In this document: in pieces, positions 25,706-37,951 of the stretch
How the letters are laid out: every line of letters begins with the position of its first letter
How positions within the stretch are numbered: position 1 is the stretch's first letter
Translations under genes and position numbers: made by a program
Notes under the pieces: generated by a model
What the model saw: only the letters and a program-made list of their open reading frames with translations
What the model was told of the DNA's origin: nothing
Database searches by the model: none
Assembly (NCBI GenBank): GCA_964019335.1
Contig: OZ025648.1
Location: forward strand, 186,001-250,000
DNA from: Diplonema japonicum
Taxonomy: Eukaryota > Protista > Euglenozoa: Diplonemea
Reading direction: 5' to 3'
Length of the DNA: 64,000 bases

Positions 25706-27559
25706 TCACCGGGGTGGTGGTGGAGGCGGGGGGGGAGGTGCTTTGGACGTCGGGGACTGCGGCGGTGGTGGGGGGACCTTCGAGGCCACCGGGGGAGGCT
25801 GCGGTGATGGAGGGGCAGGTGGCGGTACTGGGGCTTTAGATGCTGGTGGCGGTAGAGGGGTACTAGATGGTGCTGGTGGCGGTGGAGGGGTACCAGATAG
25901 TGCTGGTGGCGGTGGAGGGATATTAGATGGCGCTGGTGGAGGTGGGGGTGAGCCCTTTGTAAGAGGAGAAGGAGCTTCTGCAGTAGATTGTGGCGAAGGA
26001 GCCGGGGATGAAGCTTGCGAGGGAGGTACAGACACAGAAGGTTTCGTGGGGGATGAGGGAAAACCGGGCGATGGTGCGAACAGATTTTGAGATGAGGGCG
26101 ACTTCGGGGAATTCCCTTGTGGCGACACATCCTCGGGTGCCTGGATAGAGATAGCGGGAGAGGGGTCGTCTTGCGCTTTTTTAGGTTGCGTTGCTTTCTT
26201 GAAGGCCATCGTGACGGACACAGCCATGAGGAACTTCTTCCACGGGTTGATCTTCCGCGGTTTGTCCCACGTTTCCTCCGTCACCTTGTACTGCTCTAGC
26301 AGCAGCTTCCACACGAACTCCAAGCTGCCTTGCTCCTGGACCAGTAGTTCCGGCACTGTCTCCACTTGATGAGGGGCATGTATTGACAGCAGTTTTGTGA
26401 ACCGTTCCTCCCAGTTGACCTCTTTTGTTTCTTGTTTCGGTAATTCTGGCGGTACGAACCAGTTCTCCTCAGTTAAGTTATACTTCTCAAGCAGCTTGGG
26501 CCACAGGTCAGCAGGCTCCGCCCCTTTGTCAGTGATATGCCGCATCAGCTGGTCAACCGACTCCTTCCTGTCCGGAGCATGCAGGTTGTAAAACGTCGCA
26601 AACCTGTCATACCAGTCCACCTTGGAGCTTGGATGCCGCCATGTGCCTTCCGTCACTTCATACTTTTCGAGCATCTTCAGCCACAAGTCCAGAGGCTGCG
26701 CCCCCCGTTCTTCCAGCTGCCGCAACAGCTTCGGCACCATATCAACTTTCTCTTTGCAGTGAATGTAGTAGAACGCAGTGAACCTGCGCTGCCAGTTGAT
26801 TTCCTCTTCCCAGTTGTGTTCTGTCACGCCGTACTTCTCCAGCATCTTCTTCCACAAGGTGTCCATGTCGATGTTCTGCTGCTGTGCCGCAAGCACCTGC
26901 TGGATCGTGTCTAGTTTCTCCTTCGCATGTATCGTGTAGAACTTCGTGAGCCTGTCTTTCCAGTCAACAGTTTCCCATGTCTCTTCTGTAGTGCCGTACT
27001 TTTCCAGCATCTTGGCCCACAGGTCGGAGGGGTCAGCACCCTTATCATACACTCCTTGGAGGAGGCTTCCCACTGAGTCCACCTTCGAAGGACAGTACCG
27101 CTGATAGAAGGCCTTGTACCGCTTGTACCAGTCGACAGCTTCGTCGGTGAAGTCCTCGTCAGTTAGGAGGATTGCTGTCCTGCGACCGGGGGTGATGGGC
27201 GCAGTATTTTCTAGCTCATCGTCTTCAACAGGCGCACGGGTCGTGACAGCCCTAATGCTGTGGGGTATCGGGCAACGTTCGTACTTCAAAACAGGCCAGC
27301 CTTTCGACACCAGCGTGTGATCGAAGATGTTCATCGGGTTCAGCACGCCCTCAGGGTTCGTCGACGGCGACAGAGCAATCAGGTCGTCAGCACGGCTCTT
27401 CCTCCTCTTCCTCCGAAAGCTCCCAGCGCTTCCCGCCTGGTACGAGAACACCTTAGTCATTGGCTGCTCTGCATCCCCAAACGTGAAGCCCCGATCGGGC
27501 TCCTCAGTCATCCCCTTCTCCTTCTTACTTTTTAACTTCTTCTTGAACTTACCGAACAT
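25706..27559 (-). CDS. protein with five ~50-aa helical repeats (W..R...FY...L.KY) and a polyproline tail
   Basis: Repeats visible in translation; FH1/WASP-like PPPPP tracts at the C-terminus. Confidence 0.8.
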   Translation of the reverse strand: MFGKFKKKLKSKKEKGMTEEPDRGFTFGDAEQPMTKVFSYQAGSAGSFRRKRRKSRADDLIALSPSTNPEGVLNPMNIFDHTLVSKGWPVLKYERCPIPHSIRAVTTRAPVEDDELENTAPITPGRRTAILLTDEDFTDEAVDWYKRYKAFYQRYCPSKVDSVGSLLQGVYDKGADPSDLWAKMLEKYGTTEETWETVDWKDRLTKFYTIHAKEKLDTIQQVLAAQQQNIDMDTLWKKMLEKYGVTEHNWEEEINWQRRFTAFYYIHCKEKVDMVPKLLRQLEERGAQPLDLWLKMLEKYEVTEGTWRHPSSKVDWYDRFATFYNLHAPDRKESVDQLMRHITDKGAEPADLWPKLLEKYNLTEENWFVPPELPKQETKEVNWEERFTKLLSIHAPHQVETVPELLVQEQGSLEFVWKLLLEQYKVTEETWDKPRKINPWKKFLMAVSVTMAFKKATQPKKAQDDPSPAISIQAPEDVSPQGNSPKSPSSQNLFAPSPGFPSSPTKPSVSVPPSQASSPAPSPQSTAEAPSPLTKGSPPPPPAPSNIPPPPPALSGTPPPPPAPSSTPLPPPASKAPVPPPAPPSPQPPPVASKVPPPPPQSPTSKAPPPPPPPPPR

Positions 27560-27631
27560 GTTGCTGTGTATCGATGCCCCGCCTCAGGGCCTCTGTGGTG
27601 GTGTGAAGCAGCGTAATTGGTCCTATAAATA

Positions 27632-28906
27632 CTACCCCCTAACCGCCCTCATGTACCAGAACAAAATGTCCTCTGTGACAGTAATGCTAGTGGCGGACTT
27701 CTGGATATACCGCAGAAGGAGCTCTGCTTTGGTCGCATTGTGTGCTTCGGCGTATACACTCATCAGAGCTGAGTACAGAACCGCCGAGCGGCTTGTGGCG
27801 CCGTTGCAAACTGCGGCGTAGAATGTGTCTTCAGCAAGCTTGATCCAGTTCTTGCTGGTGTTGCCTGCCAGGCATGCCCGCGCGCAGCATGATATGAATG
27901 ACGAATAGCAGTAAAAACAAGGGGGGTCCTCTAGTTGTTCCAAGGCTTTGTGAGCTTCTTCGAATTTGCCCAGCGCGCCTTTTGCTTGCACAAGCGACGC
28001 CACGAAGACGGACGACACCCGCATTTTGTTCCTCTTGACATCTGCTTCGATCAGCTCGATGTTGTTGCTGAGCTGCGCGACCTCCTCTACGGTGAGGCCT
28101 GCCGTGTCGTTGAGTAAGTACCCCCACTTCGGGACCCTTGCTTCCCGTAAGCAGCATTGAACGAGACCAGTCATGCTTTGAGGGTCAGGCCGGACACCCC
28201 AACGTGAGAACTTCATCACAGCAGTCCTACTACTACTGAAAGACTGACAGGCATTGATCATGGAATGCAGCATTTGAGGCGTCATCTTGACTGATGCCTG
28301 TCGAATCAAGTTCAAGGTAGCCCAGGCAGCCTGTTCGTCACGGCACTTAGCAGAGGCAGCGATAAGCAGCGCATAGTGCGAGGTGCTGCACTGGATACCA
28401 TCGGCCAACATATCTTGGAAGATGGTCCTGCACTCCTCTGGCCGGTTAGCACGGATTAAGGAGTGCATCACAGCGGAGTACACGTATCCACTATTTCTTG
28501 TTTTGCGATATTGTGGGAGGCTGCGGAATTCGTCGTACAGCCTGAGCGCGACTTTCAATATGTCTGAGGTGCCGCCGCTGCTGTTCTCATGTGATGAGAT
28601 GAGGTTGTTTGTGACCGAGATAGCTACAGAGTACGAGTAGGGTCCTAACAGGTACCCCATCGCTTTCATTTTCTCGATGTCTCGAAGCATCCAAGTGAAG
28701 ACTTTGAGCTTTGCCTTGTCTCCTGCCACCCTGGTTGGTGTAGCATGCATCAGCTTATGTTCTTTGAATTCTGTTTTCAGGTGTTTTGCTATCTCTGAGT
28801 CCGTTCGCTTCTCCGAGCCTGTAAACTTGCCTTCCTTTAAACCATCCTCCCTTCCCCACCGGAGCTGTCTCGTGCACGCTCTCCATTTCCAAGTTCTTAT
28901 CAGCAT
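27632..28906 (-). CDS. pentatricopeptide repeat (PPR) protein, probably mitochondrial
   Basis: 35-aa repeats such as VYSAVMHSLIRANRPEECRTIFQDMLADGIQ; Arg-rich N-terminus. Confidence 0.85.
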   Translation of the reverse strand: MLIRTWKWRACTRQLRWGREDGLKEGKFTGSEKRTDSEIAKHLKTEFKEHKLMHATPTRVAGDKAKLKVFTWMLRDIEKMKAMGYLLGPYSYSVAISVTNNLISSHENSSGGTSDILKVALRLYDEFRSLPQYRKTRNSGYVYSAVMHSLIRANRPEECRTIFQDMLADGIQCSTSHYALLIAASAKCRDEQAAWATLNLIRQASVKMTPQMLHSMINACQSFSSSRTAVMKFSRWGVRPDPQSMTGLVQCCLREARVPKWGYLLNDTAGLTVEEVAQLSNNIELIEADVKRNKMRVSSVFVASLVQAKGALGKFEEAHKALEQLEDPPCFYCYSSFISCCARACLAGNTSKNWIKLAEDTFYAAVCNGATSRSAVLYSALMSVYAEAHNATKAELLLRYIQKSATSITVTEDILFWYMRAVRG

Positions 28907-29718
28907 TCACTCATTGAAAGTGCACTTTCTTTTTTTCTTCTTTCTTTTTTCTTTTCCCTGGATGATAATAAGGTTGGGTTGAAGAGGGGGGGGGGGGGGG
29001 GGGGGGAGAACTTTCTTTTTTACTCACTTTTGGATTTTAATTTTTCACGTTTTCTTTTTTTTTCCCCCCCTCTCTCTTTTTTTTCTCTTTCTTTTTCCTT
29101 CTCTTTGGGGGCAACTTGAGAAACATTAGGGTTTTACATTATGAAAAAAAGAACAGAGAAATATGTGAGGTAAAAGGGGGGTCTTCGAGATGCCTCCCAT
29201 TCACGCTATCTCCTTCTGCAGCGGTTTAAGAAGGATTCACTGTTGTAAAACACAACCTTTTTTTTTTGTTCTTGTTTTTACAACACAAGCACAAAAAAAA
29301 AGGGGGGGAAAGAAGACATGTTGCCACTTTTATTTTCTCCACGCTGCATTCTTTTTTTTTTTTTCTTTTGCCTCAATAGGTATTCCCTCAATTGGCCATG
29401 GTAGCAAGTGAACAGAAGAAAAACTGAGGGAAACAAAAAAAACGTCTTAAGGGAACCTGCAAAAAAAAAAAAGAAAGAGCCACGATACAATTGCGACATT
29501 TCGACAGCGGTCGGATGGAAAAGACAGGGGTAGGGAGGTGGAAGGGGAAGAAAAAAAAAAAAGCAAGGTTTTCCCCTTTTAGTGAGGGAGAAAAAGGAAA
29601 AAAGAAGAAACGTTTTATTTTATTTGTATTTTTTTTTATTTTTATTCTTTTTTTAAATCTCCTCCCGGCTGATTGTTTGCGCAAGCCAGTTTTCATCCGC
29701 TTTTTTGTTTCATCTCTA

Positions 29719-30719
29719 TCACAACTTCGCTTCTTGCATGGATCGCGCAATGACGCCGATGTCCTCGGCGAGCTTCGTGGAAGGCTTCCACCGCAGCTTG
29801 TCTATCCGTTCTACGATACCAAGCAAAACGGAACCGTTGTCCTTCGTCATCGAGAATGGCAGCGTGAGCGCCTGACCATGTGAGACAAGACCCATTTCCT
29901 TGTACCTAGTGAGGGCCAGCTTAAGCACTTCACGGTTACAGCTGTTTGGGAAATGCACCACATCAGCGCACAACAGATGTTCCACAGAAGTAGCGACACG
30001 TTCCATAAACTGCGGCTCCGGAACCTTGCTGGCGCTCACAAGGTGCATTAAAGCAGCGGCTACCAGCCAGTAACACTCCACCAAAGGGTGAAGGAGAGAC
30101 GCGATAAACCCTGAACATAACGTGTCGGTAGGCACCACCACAGAAGGTCCATCAACCCTGGCCCCGTCCCTCTCCAGCTGCCGCACCGTGTCTCTGAACC
30201 ACACATCATGTTTCACAGGGCTTGTGTCTCTGTGGTTTGGGAATTCCAAGGAAAACAGATTCCTCACAAACTCGACTTCCTCAAGTAGTCCCTCCACAGG
30301 TACCTTTCTCGCGGTGATGCTTGCTTCGGAGTCTGCTTGCGGGAGTGTTAGAATCTCACATGGCTGCATGGCTGTTGCAGTGATGACGACCATCGACCTG
30401 TCGCAGAATAGGTGGATCAGCTGGTTCGCGTAGATTGACAGCAGCAACAGTGTGTCGCTGTCTTGCGTTCTGATGACGTTCAAGCTGCTCACTGTGACGT
30501 AAGGGTCCAGCAGGAAGACTGCGTAGTTCAGCAGTGCTTCGCCGCTGTACCGTATCGTGCCCGGTTTCATGTGCCCGCCTGATTTCAACACCTGTTCCCG
30601 TAGCCACACCACCTCACTCACCACCTCATCAACGTGGATGCCACGCTCTAAGTCGCTCGGCAAATGCAGATACAACAGCACCGCTGCCAGCAGCGCGGTT
30701 GGCGTTACAATCAACCCAG

Positions 30720-30752
<33 letters not shown>

Positions 30753-33542
30753 TTGTTGTTGTTTTGGGCATTACCTGTAGGTTGGCCGTTATCCTCCACG
30801 CCAAGGTGTTTAGAAGCTGCTTGCTTGTTTTCGGTGTTAGATTTCTAACAGCTTCTCGTAATTGTTCATCCTATAAAGAGGTTGATATTTTTTTTAAAGA
30901 AACAGCTTACAGACACCTGGTTGTAAGGTTCGCTTTCGCCTGTCCTGTCCTTGTCCTTGATCAAGGCGGCGGGTTTTCCCAAGCTGGGCAGCGAGGTCGA
31001 GACGCTTCCCCCGTCGCCTTTTATGACGTACTCTGCGAGGGAGATGGGCTTGCCGACGGTCACGTTGAGGGTCCCGAATTGGTTTCTCAGAACGGAGGCG
31101 GCTGAGAGGAGGTTTGAGATTGTTTCAGGAGGCTTCTTCCCACCGGTAAGCTCCCTGACATAGATGCTTCCTTCAAGCACTTTATCATATGACAGCGACA
31201 CAGGGACGAACAGCACATCTGCCAAAGAGGTGTCGTTTGACGCAACAGCCTCTAACAGCGACTCGACCATGATCTTCAAGATACCCACCTTCGGGGCGAG
31301 TGTCTTGCCCATTCTGCTGCGAGCTCCTTCTATGAAAAACTCAATCACCCTCCCATCGGTGGCGAGGAGCCTCGAATACTCTCTGAACAGTGTCCCGTAC
31401 AGCTGGTCACCTTTGAAGCTCCTCCGCATGAAGAATGCACCCGATCCCCTGAGCAGCTTGCTCACCGCATTTAACTTTAAGAAGTCCTCCCCGGCGCAGA
31501 TATGCGGTACAGGAAGCCCCCACATGTACATGAGGTACGACACCACAAGGAAGTCCATGTACGAACGGTGGGAGGGGATCAGGACAATAGCACGTCGCCC
31601 TGTGGGGCGTATGCTGCCGATGCCTGTGAAGGCGCGTCGCACCATTTCGTAGGCTGGCTGGTTGACGTGGACGTGTTCATACAGGGTTTGCATCACTTTG
31701 CGAAGTCCGATTCTGTGTGTGTGTGTTTTTTTTCCCCCCCGTCTTGTTTCATTCAGTGCACATACCCTAAGAACCGAATAGTGTTCACATTCAGCTTGTC
31801 ACCGACACGGTCCAGAATGGCATGTGCTCGCTCGATGATTGCCTAGAAATAGTAATATTCCGCTGCCACACGACGCATACCTCTCTGTCGACACGTTCCT
31901 TCTTCGCCTGTTCCTCGATGGCCTTCGTAACACTTGGCAGCGACATGATGAACGCCCGTCTTGCCGCAGTCAGCCCCGGGCGGTATATGATTTCCTTCCC
32001 GTCAAACTGCCTGGTGCACGTTACCAGGAAATGCAGGTCGGGGAACATCCTTTGCAGGATGCTCACAGGCGCGGAGAAGGACATCCCTGGGTGGCAGGTC
32101 AAGTGGTCCATGTCGCAGTATTTCGCTGAAACGGGGACGTTGTTCGCCTGGACGCCTAACACACGGCAGAGGTGCAGGAAGGATTGCCTTGCGGTGTCCT
32201 TGCAGTACATTTCCCACTCAACCTCCCTGATGTCGGTGCCCCCTGGCAGGATGCACGTCGAAGACACGAATGACTTCTGACTAGCCGCCACACCCCGTAC
32301 GAACAGTGGCGTCATCTTCTTAGCCTTCTCCACTGTGTCCCTGTACCTTGATGCTGATGCAGCGTGTGGGTGGTTTGTTAAGTGGTTTTGCGTCTTTCTG
32401 TACCACGGTATCACGCTCCTAACAGCCATGGCGGCGGTCCCTCTAATGCCAACATGCAAAGACGGGGATTGCGACAAGACAGGCGACAGAGGGACCCTGA
32501 TAGGCGCCATGGAACCGCCCGATGCTGGAACACCATAGTCCAGACATACAGTGAGTGCCTTGTGGTTCCTCCCAAAGTACTCGGTGAAATACTGCCCCAC
32601 CATTTTGAGAGCTAGGGGGTGAACGGTGGAGGTCGAGGCGTGGTGGACAGCCACACGCTGGTCTCCTTTCAGAAGGAGTGGGGATGAGATGAGTCTTTCG
32701 GCGAAGACGTCAGCGGGCATGAGGTCGACTAGAGAGCTGGGGGAGAGCTTCACAGAACTCACAGTGCCGAGAGAGATGGAAAGGGAGAGGGCATCAAAGC
32801 CGCCATAGAGAACGGAGTCGGAAGGGTGGTCGATGGGGGGGCCAATGAAGCCGTGGCGGACGACGGCAACAGGGGAGGTGCCGCCTTGGGTGGCCATGTT
32901 GGAAATGGCAGACTCGACAATAGAAACTGCCTGCGTGAGAGGGCTTGGCATGCCCTCATCAGGTTCTTCAACAGCCCGTATACCTGTGGCAGGGTCTTCG
33001 GGGATGGCTGGTGAGTAGTCTAGAGGTGCATTGCGGAACCTCCTCCCGACAGCTGTGCCCTGGAGGGACCCTGGGAGGGCGAGGATCACGTGTTCACATT
33101 TTGAAGCAAAAGCAGCAATCCCCATCCCTGACTTGTGTATGGCGCTGGCATCGACGTCCACATCGCAGGGGTCCGCCAGACCGTCGCAGTGGAGGATCAC
33201 ATCAACCTCCTGCTGCAGCGCCGCCACAGCCTCCTTACCCAAACCAAGTGTCGCCCCATTTTCACCAGATCCGCACAGAACCTCAGACTTCGCTTCAAGC
33301 AGCTGCTTGAACCACGCCACATTGTCATCTTGGTAGAGACAACTGAAGGCACGCTCCTTCGCATACAGCTCCAGCATGCTCACCCCATACTCCCCTGAAC
33401 ACGCCCCCTCTGCCACCAACAAATACAACTTCTTAATCTCTGGGTACAGTCGCCGTATCACCTCCCTCACTACCACCACGCTCAGTGGCTTATCCGCCCC
33501 TGTTACTAATATTGTTTTGTTCCTGTACCATTGTTGCAACAT
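29719..33542 (-). CDS. FAR-like (degenerate) + DHAP acyltransferase fusion with PTS1; introns 31843-31880, 31713-31765, 30871-30910, 30721-30774
   Basis: N-terminal NAD_binding_4/Sterile similarity. Acyltransferase blocks HRSYMD, GAFFMRR, FFIEGARSR and VPVSLSY. C-terminal AKL. Four GT-AG introns join the ORFs in frame. Confidence 0.85.
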
Positions 33543-33600
33543 CTTGCCCCTTCCCCCCCTGTAGAAGATGACACTTAGCGGATGCTGTCACATGAATAAA

Positions 33601-33700
33601 AGTAAACAATGATTTGGGTTGGGCATGTACGAGAGGCTACAGGAGCGAAGCTCTTCAGCAAGCACAACAAGGAAGTGCCTTTGTCGAGCACAAATGGAGG
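33601..33700. repeat. diverged extra copy of a tubulin 3'-flank segment
   Basis: Homologous to 33902-33989 and 10936-11023; shared core GCGAAGCTCTTCAGCAAGCACAACAAGGAAGTGCCT. Confidence 0.85.
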
Positions 33701-33838
33701 GTAAAATAAGAAGAAAAGAAAAAAAAAGGTTCTAAACAGGAAGCAGGTTGCAGTTTCTTTGCACCCTTCGACTTAATGGATGCTTTTTTTTTTTTTTTTT
33801 TTTCGCTTTTTTTTTTTTTTTCTTTTTTCTTTTTTTTT

Positions 33839-33875
33839 CAGTGAGCACCCCCATGCACACTGAAATTTTATCGAG
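33839..33875 (+). repeat. dispersed hairpin mini-repeat, copy C (part of the tubulin duplication)
   Basis: Identical to copy B. Confidence 0.9.
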
Positions 33876-34151
33876 TTTTTTTTTTTTTTTCTCTTGATAA
33901 CAGTAAACAGTGATTTGGTTGGGAAGACAACGGGCGAAGCTCTTCAGCAAGCACAACAAGGAAGTGCCTCTGGCAAGCACAAATGGAGGAAGAAAAGAAA
34001 AAAGAAAAAGAAAACCCGGTGGTGAGAGGGGGTGGGGGAAACACAACGTGCTACTATCTTATCACAGTGGGGAGAAGACGGGCTTACAAGTGGAATAATA
34101 ATAAGTGGGATAGGGTAAAAAGAGAAGAAGGGGGTCTGAGGACACACCGCC

Positions 34152-35639
<1,488 letters not shown>

Positions 35640-35713
35640 CTACGAACGTTAAAAAGAAGAATGAAAGAACCTTGTAAAACAGTTTACTTTCAGCACATGG
35701 TCACCTCTTTACA

Positions 35714-36649
35714 TCACAGGACAGTGGGGACCTTGAGTGTGGCCGCTCCAAACACGTCCTCAAATGGTTTGATGTTTCCCTCAGGGTTGTGCTCGCCTTT
35801 TGCGTTGTGGTCGTTGAAGATGGCGAACACCACCTTTTTGAACTGGTTTTTGTACTCTTCCGACTCAATCGCCTCCTTGAAGATCAGGGCCATCTGGTTG
35901 GGTGGGTTTTTGTAAGCGCCGCACCCAAAGGCGGACAGCACCACCGCATCGTGGCCGTGCAGCAATGATGTGTTCAAGATCGACTTCACCTTCTTCAGAA
36001 CGCCTGCTCGCAATTCTCGTGGATACTGGAAACTAGGTCCAGGACCGCACTGGGGATGCTTGTAGCAAGCACAGGCAACGAAACAACACTTTCTCGGCTT
36101 CTGCAGCAAGGGGTACCCCATAGACTCTGCCCCCTTCAGCACGAGGACGTCAGGTGAGTACACAGTCGAAAATTCGCCAAGTGGGTAATCCCAGTCCCTT
36201 TCTACTTTCATTGGACTCGTAAGCGGCGGGTCGTGTTTCTCAGGAGAGGGTATCAAGGAGGCCCAGTAAGAGGTCCTCCTGAAGAGGTTCTCTTCCTGTG
36301 CGCCGGATCCTTTTGTCCATCCACCGCCGGGCCTCACCTGGCTCGCCATGTTCAGCACCACAGGGTTGTGGCCAGTGTCCTGCAAGTGGAGGCCAGCAGC
36401 AAGGCAGTCGCCTGTCCAGACTTCTACTTCTGTCTTCACGTCTTCAGTCCTCTTTATAAACACATCCTTTGGTTTGTATGACGTCCTCTTGGCGGCCTCA
36501 AGGATCTCTTCTCTGTACTTTTCGTCCGTAGTTCTTCTGACTATGTCTACCCCTGCGAGTATTCTAAGCTGCCGTACTGTTGGTGTGGTTTCCTCCACCA
36601 TGGCTCGGCGTAGCTGGAGGGACCATTCTGCGGCATCCCAGTCGGACAT
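35714..36649 (-). CDS. microbial-type PARG macrodomain protein (DUF2263/TIGR02452), paralog 1
   Basis: VLNMA..PGGGWTKGSGAQEENLFRRTS and VLSAFGCGAY; first ATG at 36649. Confidence 0.88.
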   Translation of the reverse strand: MSDWDAAEWSLQLRRAMVEETTPTVRQLRILAGVDIVRRTTDEKYREEILEAAKRTSYKPKDVFIKRTEDVKTEVEVWTGDCLAAGLHLQDTGHNPVVLNMASQVRPGGGWTKGSGAQEENLFRRTSYWASLIPSPEKHDPPLTSPMKVERDWDYPLGEFSTVYSPDVLVLKGAESMGYPLLQKPRKCCFVACACYKHPQCGPGPSFQYPRELRAGVLKKVKSILNTSLLHGHDAVVLSAFGCGAYKNPPNQMALIFKEAIESEEYKNQFKKVVFAIFNDHNAKGEHNPEGNIKPFEDVFGAATLKVPTVL

Positions 36650-36771
36650 CGCTACTGTAGTGGGATGGCGCAGGGTATATACTAATAATAGAGCTAACAC
36701 TCCTAAGAAGGTAAAAGAACCTGTGGTGGGATAGGGCCACAAGCTATACTTGAGAACACTTCTTTTTCAAA

Positions 36772-37800
36772 TCACAGGACAGTGGGGACCTCGAGTGTGG
36801 CCGCTCCAAACACGTCCTCAAATGGTTTGATGTTTCCCTCAGGGTTGCGCTCGCCTTTCGCGTTGTGGTCGTTGAAGATGGCGAACACCACCTTTTTGAA
36901 CTGGTTTTTGTACTCTTCCGACTCAATCGCCTCCTTGAAGATCAGGGCCATCTGGTTGGGTGGGTTGTTGAACGCGCCGCACCCAAAGGCGGACAGCACC
37001 ACCGCATCGTGGCCGTGCAGCAATGATGTGTTCAAGATCGACTTCACCTTCTTCACAATGCCCTCCCTTACCTTCTCGGGGTACTCGAAACTAGGTCCAG
37101 GACCGCACTTCGGGTTGGCGTAGCAAGCAGAGGCAACGAAACAACACTTCCTCGGCTTCTGCAGCAAGGGGTACCCCATAGACTCTGCCCCCTTCAGCAC
37201 GAGGACGTCAGGTGAGTACACAGTCGAAAAGTCACCAAGTGGGTAATCCCAGTTCCTCTTGACCTGCATCGGGGTTGTCAATGGGGGGCTGTATGCATCA
37301 GGAGAGGGTATCAAGGAGGCCCAGTAAGAGGTTCTCCTGAAGAGGTTCTCTTCCTGTGCCCCATCGCCCCCGTCCCAACCACCGCCGGGGCCAAATTGAT
37401 TCGCCATGTTTAGCACCACAGGGTTGTGGCCAGTGTCTTGCAAGTGGAGGCCAGCAGCAAGGCAGTCGCCTGTCCAGACTTCTACCTTTGTTTCCAGGCC
37501 TATTTTCTTCTTCACAGGCACATCCTTTGGTTTGTATGACGTCCTCTCAGACGCTTCAAGGATCTCTTTTCTGTACTTTTCGTCCATGGTCATCTGCACA
37601 GTGTGTGCACCGACATGTACCCTCAGCCTGTGCGTGGAACGGAAATCTTGTTCATCTCTTGCGAGCTGCAGCCGCTTGCACCATTTTTCTGCGTCCCACT
37701 CCGTCTTCGCCTCCTCGTTGTAGACGGCTTTTCTCACACTCTGCCACTCCTTTCCAAGTTGAGGCACGGCCTCCCTCTTGCGTTTGGTTCCGCTGCTCAT
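36772..37800 (-). CDS. microbial-type PARG macrodomain protein, paralog 2 (N-terminal KRKR)
   Basis: PGGGWDGGDGAQEENLFRRTS and AFGCGAFNNPP. Confidence 0.88.
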   Translation of the reverse strand: MSSGTKRKREAVPQLGKEWQSVRKAVYNEEAKTEWDAEKWCKRLQLARDEQDFRSTHRLRVHVGAHTVQMTMDEKYRKEILEASERTSYKPKDVPVKKKIGLETKVEVWTGDCLAAGLHLQDTGHNPVVLNMANQFGPGGGWDGGDGAQEENLFRRTSYWASLIPSPDAYSPPLTTPMQVKRNWDYPLGDFSTVYSPDVLVLKGAESMGYPLLQKPRKCCFVASACYANPKCGPGPSFEYPEKVREGIVKKVKSILNTSLLHGHDAVVLSAFGCGAFNNPPNQMALIFKEAIESEEYKNQFKKVVFAIFNDHNAKGERNPEGNIKPFEDVFGAATLEVPTVL

Positions 37801-37951
37801 AGTTCTTTGTGTATCGATCGTCCTGCACGGCATTAGCTTGACATTACAAATAAATATACTGTGTTTTGGAATATTTGAACTAAAAGCGGCACGGCCTTAT
37901 ATTATCGGCAGGCCATACATCATACAATAGGCCATAGGCCGATGCTTGGGA

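Noticed and set aside
25658-25709. Intron fusing 25706-27559 with 24059-25624
   Set aside because: As written the splice leads to a stop; it would need a 1-nt sequence error. Treated as two genes.
36650-36742. Hydrophobic N-terminal extension of PARG paralog 1
   Set aside because: Requires a TTG start within the intergenic processing region.
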